A stretch of 61,021 nt of DNA, filler included, from Circinaria calcarea (GCA_051942165.1; 3 parts of 3 records of this genome joined end to end with filler, not necessarily neighbours in it), one strand, 5' to 3'. Positions 1-13,355 are shown, numbered from the whole stretch's first letter. Notes: generated by a model from the letters alone, not told the origin. Numbers and translations: made by a program.

Positions 1-192
1 GAGCTTGGTTTTGGGGGGTTCTTTTGGCAGGGAGGAGGAGGGGTAGGCACTGGACAAGTTGCAAAATAGGTAGGAAACTGATGTCATTGGGAGGTATGAA
101 TTGCATCAATAAAATGGATTCGAATTCACCTTGTGAATAGGCATAGAAACAGTTTTCCTCAATTTCTCACCCCTTTGCCCACCCTCCAACCT

Positions 193-996
193 CTACAAAT
201 AAGCCAACAACCCCGCACTCCCCACCGACAATCCCACAACGGCCCACCCGGTCCGCTGAATCTGCTTGTTGGAAAACTGCATGCCCACATCCCACACCAA
301 ATGCCGAATCCCATTGAACGCATGAAAGGTAAACGGCAGCGCGAAGCCAAACTTGATCGCCAGCTTGGCCGCCAGCGGTAGGGATCCGAACGCGGCGGCC
401 AGCGCCGGGGATTCCAGGTGCCAGCCGAAGAGCGGCGCGATCAGGTAGCTGAAGCCAAAGATATAAAAGCTTCCGCTGAGGATGGAGCCCGAGATGCGGT
501 TCAGGCCCGAGAGGTACCAGGTGATTTGTGGCTGGTAGATGGAGAGGTGTGGGGAAATGGGCCGGTTGAGCCGCTGTTTGATGATGAGGGCTTCGGCGGA
601 GGAAGGGTAGGAGGAGGGCGGTTTGGAGACGGTGGTTGCGTTTGTTGCCGTTGCGGTGGCTGGTCTGCGGGGGAGCAGTTAGCTCCTGGCGTTTTGCTTG
701 GGTATGCAGTGGACATGGGATTCTTTGAGGGGGGGTTTGGAACTGGAGGAGTATTGAAAGGGGTTCCGGGGTCACGAACCTGAATTGGATTCGGTGATGA
801 GAGGTAGCTATGACTCCCAGGCGTGCGAACCTGCAGATTGCGGTTTGGGAGAATACTCCCGGTTGCTGCGCGGTGACTGGACGTAGAGGGGATTAGCAGT
901 TGCGCTGTCAAAGGGCAATTCAATGCTGATCCGAGGAGTAGGAATTCTCAACATACGCCGCCGCAGTGAGGTTTGCGTGAACCCTGCGACTAACAT
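193..996 (-). CDS. SDH3: Succinate dehydrogenase cytochrome b560 subunit, 3 exons
   Basis: Not in the ORF track. Manual translation: MLVAGFTQTSLRR.., two GT-AG introns with CTAAY branch points, last exon 664-193 encodes QRLNRPISPHLSIYQPQITWYLSGLNRISG..FTFHAFNGIRHLMWD (SdhC motifs). Confidence 0.93.
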
Positions 997-1132
997 ATCT
1001 ATAATCTCAACCTGACTTCTTTTCAATTGATGTGTGATTGATGATGTCTGCTGCCCGATGAACCAGAGGGGATTGGAGCTATCATGACGCCAAAAATAAT
1101 TACGTAAGGGCGTAAGCTAAGCTAAAGTTAAG

Positions 1133-1152
1133 CCAATCACAAGCCCTTCATT
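1133..1152. promoter_or_regulatory. CCAAT box matching the CBC:HapX bipartite motif upstream of SDH3
   Basis: CCAAT-cacaagcccttc-ATT fits CSAAT-N12-RWT; a second CCAAT lies on the minus strand at 1072-1076. Confidence 0.45.
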
Positions 1153-3625
1153 TCCAGCCCTAAATCTCATCCGATTTTCTTCCCAACTTCTTCTTTTTCC
1201 TTTTCAATCAATTATACCGGAGTCCCAGCGGCAAAACGCACACCTGTCTACCTTTACGGGGGAATGATGAATCAGGTGCAAGATACGCCGACATCCTGTC
1301 AGTGTCCTCCAGAGGGCTCCCAGACTGAATACCTGTCGTTAATCGCGCTTTCATCGGGTTTCAATCGATCTCTCAGCGTTTCATATTCAGGGTTACACAT
1401 TAAATTACATCTTTATCCATTGGATTAGAATTTTACTGCAAATGTGGTTGTGGATACAAGAAGCGGAGCCATAAAAACGTGCTTTATAGAGTAGTGGACT
1501 GTTTTGATCTTCAATCATGATAAATGCTTCAACATGGACAAGCCCAAATCAGGGAGCCTAACTGTGAACAACATGACATGCCTAAATTAGGAAGCCTGGT
1601 TGTGAATCACATCAGTTTTAGGGTCTTGCTATTGGTTATTCTAATCCAATGAAGAAGTGCACACCCATTACTATTAGTAAACAGCTAACATCGCCTAATG
1701 AACAGCAGACACCCCTACCACCCATACTTCCAAGCCCTTTCTTGATGTCCAAACTTCCGCGAACCCATCGTAATCAAAGAGAGTCCCGTTTGAGCCAAAT
1801 TCCCTGCATGAACCTCAAATCTAGACATGTTCCGCTATGATACTCTTATCGATGGATCAGTGCTCGAAGGACGAAAGAAATCCCATGTCCTAGAATCATG
1901 CCCGTTATTAGGAGTCTCAGTTAAGTAATATCAATGATGATAGCACTTACAACATCGACTAAGCGCCAGAGATGACGGCCTGTGGTAGTCTTGAAAGTCT
2001 GGTAGATACGCCGACATCCGGCTTGGACTTGGTGGAGGAGCTATAGGGTAAGGCGGTGGCGTCGGAGGGTCCTTTCTAGACATTGCGAATGGTCTAGACG
2101 TGAAACCGCCAAGGTCTTTTAGTGTTGAAGACCTCTGTAGAATAGGCTGATAGGAGAGTGCTGTAATGAAAAGGTAGAATGGATCTAGCCTGTTAGAAGG
2201 AAACACCGTCTAGGTTTAGTGGTTTTGTTCAGTTGGGGAGGAGTACCTGAGCAAAGAGATGTCGATATTCTAGTCCAAGAGAACGATGGCAAAGAACTTA
2301 TACAACTTGCATTTCCGCACCTAGGAATACTGAGGTCCATAGAATACAGGTTTGGTTGTAGCAAAGTGATACAAGCCAATGTAGTTATCCCTTGATATAC
2401 AATGAGATTGTCTGGATACTTACTTCGGCAAACCGCAAGGCATCCAAGATCATGGACGGTTTCTTGACCGCCCTTACATACCCTTAACCGGGGGGGATCG
2501 ATGCCCAACCCGAGTTTCAGCATTGTGCAACATGGTTAGATTGCAAGGTCCTTGCATATCGTTTGACGTGGCAAAAAAAGGCAAGGAAAAAGGGAGCCGA
2601 TATCTTTGTTGGATGGACTCTAAATGTTGTACAAACGTTGTCTGGTCATCCTCTCAGTGACCATTGTACTCGCCGACAATCGAAGTGGTAAGGAATGAAA
2701 AACACTAGAGGAGCTATGAATCTCGCGATAGTATGGCAAACTACACAATTTTAAAGGATGAGAAGGTGAGTTCTTGTGGAGACACGAGGTCGATACGACG
2801 GGTGTGTCACCATGGCCATCTCAGAGGCCATGCACATTACCATCTCCCCGGTGGGCCGTTGCCCAAGACCATCTACCAGTAACGTCGCACAATCACAGAT
2901 CGAGGCGGCCGATCGCCTCGGGAAACATGGAATCGTACCACATGTTCTTCCGATGCCGCGAGAGACTTCCACGGAACCGCTCCTATATATATCTCGGAGC
3001 GCTCTGCGTTGTTCATTCTCCCTTCCTGCCCCAAGGCAATCGAACTGACCGATGGCGGCGGTTCGGGTAGCTTTGCAATCATCCCTTGCCAATCAGACCG
3101 TTCTCCACCGGCCCTTTCACGAGGTCATTGGGCTTCCGCGGATACTAATGTGATGAGTGGCACGATGAGCGGGAAACAGAGGTGGGATATGCTAATCGGC
3201 GCCATCGCGTCTATTTTGGCGCCGCCAATAAGGAATATAGAATAGGCACCGTCGTAGTTCGAGGCCAAGATAGGGCTCAGCGCTTCAACCCCGAATTCTA
3301 GATGCCCAAAGTCGATATCAAAACATGACTGATTCGGGCTTGACAAATAAACCACCTTCCATGTCCTTTATCGAGCTTTTGAGATTAGGTGCTATCACAT
3401 CACGATCGGTAGCGGAAGCGACCTGATGAAAGCTAGTAGAGTCTGGAATTCCTGGCGGAAGTCAGATTTGCTGTACGAATGTATTGGATTCAATAGGTTA
3501 TAATCCTATAGAAATATCTGGACCTAAAAGATTCCTTCGCCGAAAATCTTCTGTTGTGTCCCAGTCAAGTTCTTATCATATTTGGATACCTGTGCAGCCC
3601 CGTGTATGAGATTCGGCAAATCAAG

Positions 3626-5022
3626 ATGTCAGTCTGGAATCCAGATAATATCAGAGATGTGGCAGAGTCTGTGGGGATTGGGTCCTTGAGTGATGAAGTC
3701 CTACAAGCTCTATCATCAGATGTAGAATACCGACTGTCACAAGTGTTGGAAGAAGCCTTCAAAATCATGCGCCATAGCAAGAGAACAACACTGTACACAC
3801 AAGATATCTCGTTAGCTCTTCGAGTTCTGGATGTTGAACCACTCTATGGATATGAGTCTACAAGACCACTCCGGTTTGGTGAAGCATCGATAGGCCCAGG
3901 ACAACCCCTCTTCTACGTCGAAGATGAGGAGGTCGATTTTGAAAAGCTCATCAACGCGCCACTCCCGAAAGTTCCGCGTGAGATGTCTTTGACTTGTACG
4001 CCCACCACCTCTTTCCAAGCGAGTAAGCTAACAGTCATACAGCACACTGGCTGGCGGTCGAGGGCGTCCAACCCTCCATTCCCCAAAACCCTACAGCCGC
4101 CGACTCCAGGAATCAAGACCTCATCCCAAAAGGCCCGGGCGCAAACCCCAACCTCGCGGCCATCAGCGGCAACGACAACGTCACTGTCAAACCCCAAGTC
4201 AAGCATGTCCTCTCCAAAGAACTCCAGCTCTACTTCCAAAAGATCTGCAAAGCCCTCCTTGACGAAGCCAACGACGAGTATCGCGTCGCCGCCCTCGCCA
4301 GCCTCCGCAGCGATCCGGGCCTGCACCAGCTGGTCCCCTACTTTGTGCAGTTCGTCGCCGAAAAAGTCACGCACAACCTCAAAGATCTCTTCGTCCTCCA
4401 CCAGATCATGCAACTCGCCTCCGCCATGCTCGACAACGAGAGCCTCTTCGTGGACCCCTATGTCGGTGCTCTCGTCCCACCGATCCTAACTTGCCTCCTG
4501 AGCCCCTACATCGGATCTTCCTCCTCGTCCCCCAATCGTTCGGAGCACTACGCCCTTCGCGACCTCGCCGCCTCCCTAATCGGCCACATTGCCAAAAAAT
4601 ACGCCCAGTCCTCGCACGCGCTGAAACCGCGTCTGGTGAACAGCTGCCTGAAAACCTTCCTCAACCCGCTGAAGCCCTTCAGCGTCCACTATGGCGCCAT
4701 TATCGGCCTACAGGCCAGTGGCGGCCGAGAAGTCGTCCGCGTCGGCATCGTACCGAACCTCAAGGAATACGGCAAACTGCTGCAGGAAGCCATCGAGCAG
4801 GACCTGCCGACGAAAACGGACGCGGAGATGGTGCTCGGGGCGCTTGTGGGGGTGTTGAGCGGGTTGGAAGACGAGGAAGTGCCGTTGGTGAATGGGTATT
4901 CGAGCGGGAATGTAGAGGAGCTGAGGGGGAAGTTGGACGAAAAGGTGGGGGAGCTGATTGGCGAGCGGGTTATGGCATTGGGGAGACCACGGTTGGTGCA
5001 GGCGATTCTGGAGGCGCGATAG
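3626..5022 (+). CDS. TAF6: TFIID/SAGA subunit TAF6, 2 exons
   Basis: [18 protein letters not shown] histone fold, DVEPLYGY; after one intron (GTACGC..GCTAAC..ACAG) [32 protein letters not shown]. Confidence 0.96.
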
Positions 5023-5235
5023 ACGAGTTTGCAAAGGCGTGGATGGTGGCGTTTGTAAAAGCTAGTTAGGGGGTATTCTTGGCTGCGGCGTTGGGATGCA
5101 TACCGTTTTTATGGCCACATGTTTATTTTCTGGTTTGGAAAGTTGTCTTTGCTACCCTGAAAGGATGGTTCTAGCCCGTCTGGCTCCTTCAATGGCATAC
5201 AATAGAATTGCACATGGCGATTAATACCCTGGGCA

Positions 5236-6096
5236 GTGCATGATACACAACGTCTCTCTACTCATCCAACAGATAAATCCTCTCAATTTCAGCATTCCTC
5301 CCCTGTCCGACGCGAAACGTTTATTCCGCACCAGTCCAGCCAAAACCACCAGAACCCTACACCCCTTCACTGCTTATCACCTCCAACTGTCCTGCCCAGT
5401 CTCCCACTGGGAAAGTTCCATACGATTCTCATAGCTATAACAGCCGAGCAAATCCACACACCAATACCACCCTTTGACGCCATGGGTTTCTTTCCACACC
5501 CTTTCCTCCCTTCAATGCGGATGCGGATGCGTTATCGTGCAGGGAAACCACTATCTATCACTAGCTACCGCGGTAGTTGTGCCTTTCAAAATTCCAAACG
5601 TGGGTCTCCCTTACTTCCAACCCGTGAGAATCACTCCCCAAGATCCCGTTTGCTGGCAGAGAATTTTTATGGTGGGGCCGGACCGCGGAAGAGAGAAGAT
5701 GATAAGGGTTTGATAGGACGGCGGGCGAGACTAGAGGTCGGAATCCGAAAATTCTAGGGTGAAGAAGCCTGGTATCCCGGAGCGTGGATTCAACCGGCTT
5801 GTGGGTATGTTGATATTTGGAGGATTGCACAAAGGATCTCTGATTCCAGTGTAAGAAGATGGCTATGGATTCTTCATATCTCGCTTAGGGGGGCCCTGGC
5901 AGACAAGATCTGTACAGGTTATGGGCGTTGCCAGTTCGACTATGGAGAGGTGGATGAAGCCTCGAACAGGTCTGATAATTGGGTTTCAGAGCTCGCCAGA
6001 GAATATGATGTCTTCGATGATGGTATCAAGGAATTTTTGACCGAGATGATGTATAAGACTGAGATAATCCGGTTTGGAGGCCGCCTGCGAGAATAA
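5236..6096 (+). other. Orphan reading frame interrupted by one TAG (pseudogene or recoded gene)
   Basis: Frame is open from 5236 to TAA 6094-6096 except for TAG at 5755-5757; first in-frame ATG at 5482. No family recognised. Confidence 0.35.
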
Positions 6097-6407
6097 TGAG
6101 TATATATGACGCGTCGACGTTCGACGATAACTTGGAAAACCTCGAATAGGTAAAAGCGTTGGCCAAGCAAGGGTCGGTTATAGCTCTCGTCTAAACCAAG
6201 CTTGTACACGCAAACGGACTTGGAGGATGGGGAAACTGCTCGCTGGCGGTCTTCTGGAGCACAATGATTAGAGTAGGGTGTAGCAACTTGAGTCAGTGAA
6301 GATATCTTTATCAGGAGGCACGGTCCGAAAACATAGTTCAACGTCTTTAGTATTTCTAACATGAGTGTCAACGCCGATGTTATGCATTCCATTACCTACC
6401 GATGCCG

Positions 6408-7600
6408 CTATGACACGCTAACTGCAGTACCGTCCGCGATGGTATCTGTCATTCGCTTCGTAATGTTGCCGAAAACTGGACATAACGAGCAGCTCCTGTA
6501 TTTGTCGACCAAAAGTCCCTCTTCCCTTCTTTCTTTATCGCCTTCCCCATTCATGCTCTCTTTCGTATCGTTTTCATCGTCCTCTTCGCTTTCCGTCTTC
6601 TGGACAGCCCAAATATTCCCATATTTTGGCCTCCTGCCCTCCTCTACAAGAACTCCCCACTGAGCATCCAAGGGCACACCTCCTAGAAATGGAACACCAA
6701 ATTCCCTACTCATTATTTCCCCACCTCCTTTGCTGAACAGATTCGTCCCTACCCCGCAGCACTCGCATACATAGCCACTCATATTCTCCACCACGCCAAT
6801 GACCTTCACACCAACCTTACCACAAAAGTTGATTTCCTTCCGTACATCACTAATCGCCACCGCCTGAGGTGTTGTCACAATAACCGCGCCCGCTAAGTGC
6901 GGCCCTTTTCGTAGGGACGGAGAAGTATTGAGAGGAGATGGAGGAGAGACATTCTTAAGGAGGGTTTCGACGAGGGAAATATGTTCGTCAGATGTTCCAG
7001 GTGGCGTATCAATTAGGAGATAATCGATTGGAGGCCAGAGAACGGAGTCTAGAAACTGGCGGACCATGGCGGTCTTCTTGGGGCCGCGCCATACTATGGC
7101 CGACGAGCGGGACGTAAGGAGGAAGGCGAGAGACATGGCATGGAGAGAGCCGATTGATGTTGACGAGTTATGGGGCGAGTTGTTTATGGAGGAAGGAGGT
7201 ATGGTACCGGTACTGTTAGAAGACTGTGGGGCGGCGCCATCGCTTTCGCCATTTGCAGCTGGGGGCGTCGCTGATAGAGGTACATTTGTGGGAATAGGAA
7301 CGGGTTGGAGTGTTTGAAAGGGATGTACTTCCACAGGTAGCCAGCCCCCAGGTGCTTGCTTGACTTTCGCAGATTCGATTCCGAGTAAGCGGGGTATTGA
7401 GGGGCCGGTCAGATCGATGTCCAGAATACCAACAGAGTGGCCGGCCAGGGAGAGGGAGAGGGCGAGCTGTGTCGTGATTGAGGATTTGCCCACGCCTCCT
7501 TTACCGGACAGTACCTAGGATGTTTCTTTAGCCTTACACTCGACAAAGGCGGAGAAAATGAGCTCACCAGAACAATATTCTTCACGTTATCGAGGGACAT
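6408..7600 (-). CDS. CFD1: Cytosolic Fe-S cluster assembly P-loop NTPase, 2 exons
   Basis: [59 protein letters not shown]; lacks the N-terminal Cys cluster of Nbp35. Confidence 0.95.
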
Positions 7601-8107
7601 AGCTAGGCCGGAAGAAGATATCAAGATTGATGGGATATGGGAATCTTATTCTATCCATTCTAACATTCACCTGGTAAGCAACCGCAAATCCATTGCTAAA
7701 GCTAGTACTTATTTTATCGGCGTCGTTATTGAATCCGCATGCTTGATAATCCTTGTAGGGCTGGTGGCTGTGCTCATACCCTCACCCTGTTCCAAAACGA
7801 ACAGCACTTGGGCCCTCGAAAAACCACCTCGAAAATCAACGAATCTTACTATTTCTCTAAACCCATGAGGCTTTCTCTACTAAAAAGTTAGCATATATTG
7901 AATCTAGTGTTGATCTATAAAATATTAAAATTCTAGCCTATTCTACGTTAAGAATGGAAAGTAATTCGTGATTTTTTAGAATTTTCAGCTATGTTCATAT
8001 GAGCTTGCGATTCAACCAGTAAAATTCTTAATTTTAATTAATTCTACTATATAGTGGCCTTTAACCACTTTCAATCATTGAGGGCAGTACTTCCGACCCA
8101 AGGTACA

Positions 8108-11100
8108 ATGGCGTTGTCCATACGCTTGCCCACCAGTGATAGGATTTTCGGTCCAAGAGTCGATCCCTCCTATCGTGCCTTTGACTTCACTCTCCTTTTT
8201 GAAGATATTCTTTTCGCATGTCTCCCGACCGCCGTTTTCTTTCTACTACTGCCTTTCCACATCGCGGTTCTGGCAAAGTCGCCCGCTTTGTGCTCAGTCA
8301 GATCGAAATTGCTACTTGGAAAGCTAGTAGGGCCCCCTCTAGACCCTTCGATGTTGTTATCCCGCTATTGACGATTGCATAGGCGACTTTGGCTGGCATT
8401 CTTACAACACAAGTGATTCTCCTGATTCTGAGATCACAGAAGACTATTGTCCAAACAAGCGCATCATTGGCCGCAGACACACTGACAATTGTCGGAATTG
8501 CTGGTGTAGCATGGCTTTCTTATATCGACCACCAACGCTCACTTCGGCCCTCCACTCTACTCAGTTTATACCTTTCCGCGCTGGTCATCCTCGATATCCC
8601 GAGAGTCCGAACGCTATGGCTGATCGGAAGCGCCAATGGAGAGGCAGCTGCAATGACTGTGACATTGATCTTGACAGCGGTAGCGCTTCTGCTCGAGTCC
8701 ACCGAGAAGAAATCAAGCGTCGCAGAGGAGAAAAGGTTCGGCGCGCCGGAAGAGTATAGCGGATTTTGGACCCGTACTGTTTTTGCCTGGCTGGCCGCCA
8801 CCTTTCGCGCTGGCTACTCCAAGGTTTTAGTCCAGGATGACTTGCCCATCCTCGATACCCGACTTCAGAGCAATGTGTTGCGCCAAAATCTTGTTAGCAC
8901 TTGGGCAAAATGCAAGTACCTCTGTCGCAGTATGTAGTAACCACCCGACCAACCAACCATATATAGATGATCATCGAGCGCGATATAGTCTCCTCAAGGC
9001 ATGCTTCCACGCCAATCTTCTCTCGTTCCTATCTGCCATCCCGCCGCGGCTGTGCAGGTCCGTCTTCTGTTTCGCCCAGCCGCTCTTAATCAATACTACA
9101 GTCTCATACGTGGGAGACGCCTCGGCGGATATCAGCTTCGGCCGAGCGCTAATAGGGGCATGGACTCTAGTGTTTCTCGGCATTGCGGTATTACCTAATT
9201 GACTTTTGATACGACGACCAAGAAATGCTGACCTCCATGCAGTGCTCGACTGCATTATCCTCTTATCAGGCGACGCGATTCGTTACTAGGGTCAAGGGAG
9301 GACTCGTTGGACTCGTCTACCAGGAGACAATGAAGGCAAGGACAGTTGATCTCGGGGAAACCACCGCCATAGCCCTGATGGGCACGGATGTTGAGCGTAT
9401 TGGTTACAACTTTCTGCAAATTCACGAAATATGGGCGTCTATTATCGAGATCGGCGTGGCCATCTGGCTATTGGAACAACAAGTCTTCTTAGCCTGTCTG
9501 GCACCGGTGGTTGTCATTCTCAGTACGTAAATCATTCTCGGATGTTTACTAAATGCTGGCTGATGAAAGTGTTCAGTTTCCATTGGTATCAATGTGCCAA
9601 TTTCTAATTCCGCCAAGAAAGCGCAGGTGGCCTGGATCGAAAAGGTTCAAGAGCGACTTCGAATCACTTCTAGCATGCTTGATGATATGAAGGCCGTTAA
9701 AATGCTAGGACTCTCCGCTGTAATATCTGACATGATTCAAAAATTGCGACAAGTTGAGATACAAACATCCAAGGTTTACCGCAAGTTGCTTGTTTGGAAC
9801 GTCCTATTATGTAAGATGCCATTCCGTTGTCCTTGATCACATCTGTCTCTACTAAGTCTTCATAGCGGAATGTCCCCAAAACATATCACCCCTGGCCACC
9901 TTTGCTGTCCACGTAATCATTGCGTTCTATCGGAAGAACGGGTCACTTTTAACTGCTCAGGCGTTTACCGCCATCGCCCTGATTAATCTTCTCACGATTC
10001 CAGTAATCCAGCTTGTTCAGCTCATGCCGCAGTTGCTACAATGTGTCGGCAGCTTCGAGCGGATTCAGGAGTACTGTAACCATACCGATGATGCCGCCGA
10101 GCACGATGAGTCTAGCAAATCTAGCAATCGTGCCGGATCATCCATCAGTCTCCATCCTCTGGCTCGGGTAGTGCTAGCTCGGAGCGAAAACGATCAGACG
10201 CACGTCATTACTCTAGAAAACAACAGTTTTACATGGGAAAAATCAAAGGCACCTTTTCTCAAGGACATCGACTTAAGAGTGTCAAGAGGCAGCGTCATTG
10301 TCTGTGTTGGAGCCGTCGGTAGTGGTAAGAGTATGCTGCTGGAGAGCATACTGGGTGAAACAATATGCAGTCTCGGCCCCGCGCCGAACTGTACTTCTTC
10401 TATCGCTTACTGCGCCCAGCAACCATGGCTTGAAAATGGCACGATTCAGAGCAACATCATCGGTGTATTGCAATGTGACTTAAAATGGTATAAGACGGTT
10501 AACTCAGTGTGCGGACTGGATACGGATCTGCAGGCCTTAGAACGGGGTGACAAAACCGTCGTTGGCAGCAAGGGTTTCAATCTTAGTGGCGGACAAAAAC
10601 AAAGAATTGTAAGTAAGCCTTGGGAAGAATCTTCGGAACGGATTGACCAATATTTCTTTCTTACAGGCTCTCGCGCGTGCCGTTTATTCGCGCAAAGATA
10701 TATTTGTCCTTGATGACATCTTCAGTGGCATGGATGCTCACACTGTAGACCTCGTCTCGCGGCGACTTCTTGGGAATGATGGTCTATTCCGTAAACGTGG
10801 TACGACAGTCATTTTGGCAACCCACAGTCGTAGGTCTTCCGGGCCACCCTAAAGTTTCTCGCTCCAATGCTGACTAACTACAGATAAACTTATGAGTTTC
10901 GCTGATACTATCGTCGCTCTTGAGGACGGCAGGATAGCCCAAATCGGAAGTCCGCAAGCGCTGCTAGCTTACGAAGGATATGTTGCGAAGCTTGGCCTTG
11001 CTGTGCGAGACGAAGATCTTATCAAAGAGCATGCCGAGGATACCGAGATTTCCCGGATAGAAAGTACCGTCGCAGAGTCCTTCATCTCAGCGCCCCATAC

Positions 11101-13355
11101 TAAAGATGAAGCCAACAATACGCCCGATGCTAGGCGTAAGAACGGCGACTGGTCGGTTTATGGTTACTACTTTGCCAGTTCCGGCTATACGATCGTCATC
11201 ATGTTCCTTGTTAGCATGGCCGTCTGGATCTTCTGTACCGAATTTGCAAGTAGGTGCACCAAGTCCCGCTCAAATCCATGAAGAGACTAATATATTCAAA
11301 ACAACAGCCGTATGGCTCAAATGGTGGTCAGAAGCCAATGAAATCGAAGCCAATAAAGATGTGGGCATGTACATGGGCTTATACACTTTCTTTGGTATTT
11401 TCGGAGTTGTAACTATCGCCATTTCATGCTGGTAAATTCTCTCTTATATTAACCTGCTTCGCACTACTGACAGGTCTTAGGATCGGAATCGTCAATATTA
11501 TATCCAACTCCGCCTTCGGCCTGCACTCTGAACTGCTCGTAAGCACTATGAGGTATGGTTATCGATTATGGCAAGCGTCATTGCTGTGTTGATTGGATCC
11601 TAGGGCGCCGCTGCGGTTCTTTACCACTACGGATACGGGTACGTTAACGAACAGATTTAGGTAAGCTTTGATATTTATTCTCATTTCTTGTAAATATGTC
11701 TCTGGGGCAAAATAGACAACCTAGCCGTCTAGATCGCTCTTAATACAAGGCGACTAGCCGCGTACAACTCCCCATATGTTTGAAAGAAGGCGTTACTGAC
11801 GCCCATTTGATGAATAGCCAAGATATGGAACTTATCGACATGAATCTGCCCCTCGTCATGATAAACTACATCTCGAGTGAATTACTCTTTGTGTTTTCGT
11901 CCTCAATTGACACCGATGACTAACAATGGATCTAGCCGGCTTCTTCGCCTTAGCCAAGGCAATCATTCTAATTGTATTCTCCCAATACCTGGCTACAATG
12001 GCGCCCTTCGTCGTCGCGCTTCTGTACTTGTTGCAATCGTTCTACTTGCAAACCTCACGACAGGTTCGTCTCCTCGAAATCGAGGCCAAAGCCCCGCTGT
12101 ACACACACTTCATCGAGTCCGTCGCCGGCGCACCTACCATTCGCGCCTTCGGTTGGCAGTCGCAATATCAGGAACGCAATTATAAGTTTATCGATCAATC
12201 GCAACGGCCAGCCTATCTACAGTATTGCATTCAGAGTTTGCTCGGTTTCGTGCTAGATATGCTTATCACAGTCATTGCGGCTGTATTGGTAGCTATTGTG
12301 GTGACGTGGAAGGATAAGTTCAGCACCGGTAACGTTGGTGTCTCGCTAGTGATGGTCATGACATTCAGCTCTGTCCTCATGAAGATGATCAAGGCGTGGA
12401 CGGTGATGGAGTCCAGCATTGGCGCTGTAGCGCGTGTCAAGCAATTCGTCGCCGACACCGATTCGGAAGAGAAAAGCAGCTGCAAGGCCGAGGTGGCGCA
12501 GGACTGGCCGACACAAGGCAACGTCGAGTTCAAAAGCCTGGTCGCTGCTCACTCTCTCGGTGCGGAGCCGGTGATCAAGAGTATTTCATTCTCCATTAGG
12601 CCATCGGAGCACGTCGCCCTGTGCGGACGCTCCGGTTGCGGTAAGACCGTGAGTATAAAATTCTTCTACTCATTCTTTAAAAATTGGAGAGCTAACATGG
12701 TACATAGTCTACTATACTGGCACTACTTCAGATGATTGAGACGCGAGGAGGTCAGATCACCGTTGACGGTGTCGATGTTTCCACCATGCCGTGCACTGAT
12801 GTTCGTTCCCACCTCAATGTGGTGCCTCAGGATCCACTCCTCATGCCCGGAACGATCCGTTTCAACATTGACCCTTTCGGAAAGGTCTCGGACGAAGATA
12901 TTATTCGGGCCCTAGAGCGCGTCCGGCTCTGGGCGATCATATCAGAGCAGGGCGGCTTAAGCAAAGAGATGGACACGGCTATGTGGTCAGCGGGCCAGAA
13001 TCAGCTGTTGTGTCTTGCACGAGCCATGGTCAGAAACAGCAAAGTATTAATACTTGACGAGGCCACTAGCAGGTAAGCCATAGAAAGCCATAGGCGTAAA
13101 TTGCAGAAACGTAGGAATTAACGTATAAATAGTGTCGATAGCGAGACAGAAGCAATCATGCAGGATATTATCGACACGACCTTTAAAAAGTGCACTGTTT
13201 TTGCGGTTATGCACCGTCTCACACATATTACTCGGTATGATAAGGTTGCGTTACTCGACAACGGCCACTTGGTGGAATTCGATACGCCGGAGACGTTGCT
13301 GAGCCAAGAGTCAAGGTTTGCTAGGTTGTATCAAACTAGTGCCACGCAGCCGTAA
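8108..13355 (+). CDS. ABCC/MRP-type full-length ABC transporter, many exons
   Basis: N-terminal FDFTLLFED, TM0+TMD1, NBD1 (GAVGSGKS, LSGGQKQRI, VLDD), TMD2, NBD2 (GRSGCGKT, WSAGQNQL, ILDEATS); many short GT-AG introns. Confidence 0.93.

Noticed and set aside
133..923. Several 60-200 aa ORFs over SDH3
   Set aside because: Antisense or off-frame shadows of the spliced SDH3 gene; the same applies to most short ORFs overlapping the other genes.
1259..1333. Possible C/D box snoRNA (ATGATGA at 1264, CTGA at 1325)
   Set aside because: No convincing terminal stem and no recognisable rRNA-complementary guide.
2873..3355. Minus-strand frame with one internal TGA (readthrough or selenocysteine?)
   Set aside because: No ATG start, no family motif and no SECIS-like evidence; ascomycetes lack the selenocysteine machinery.
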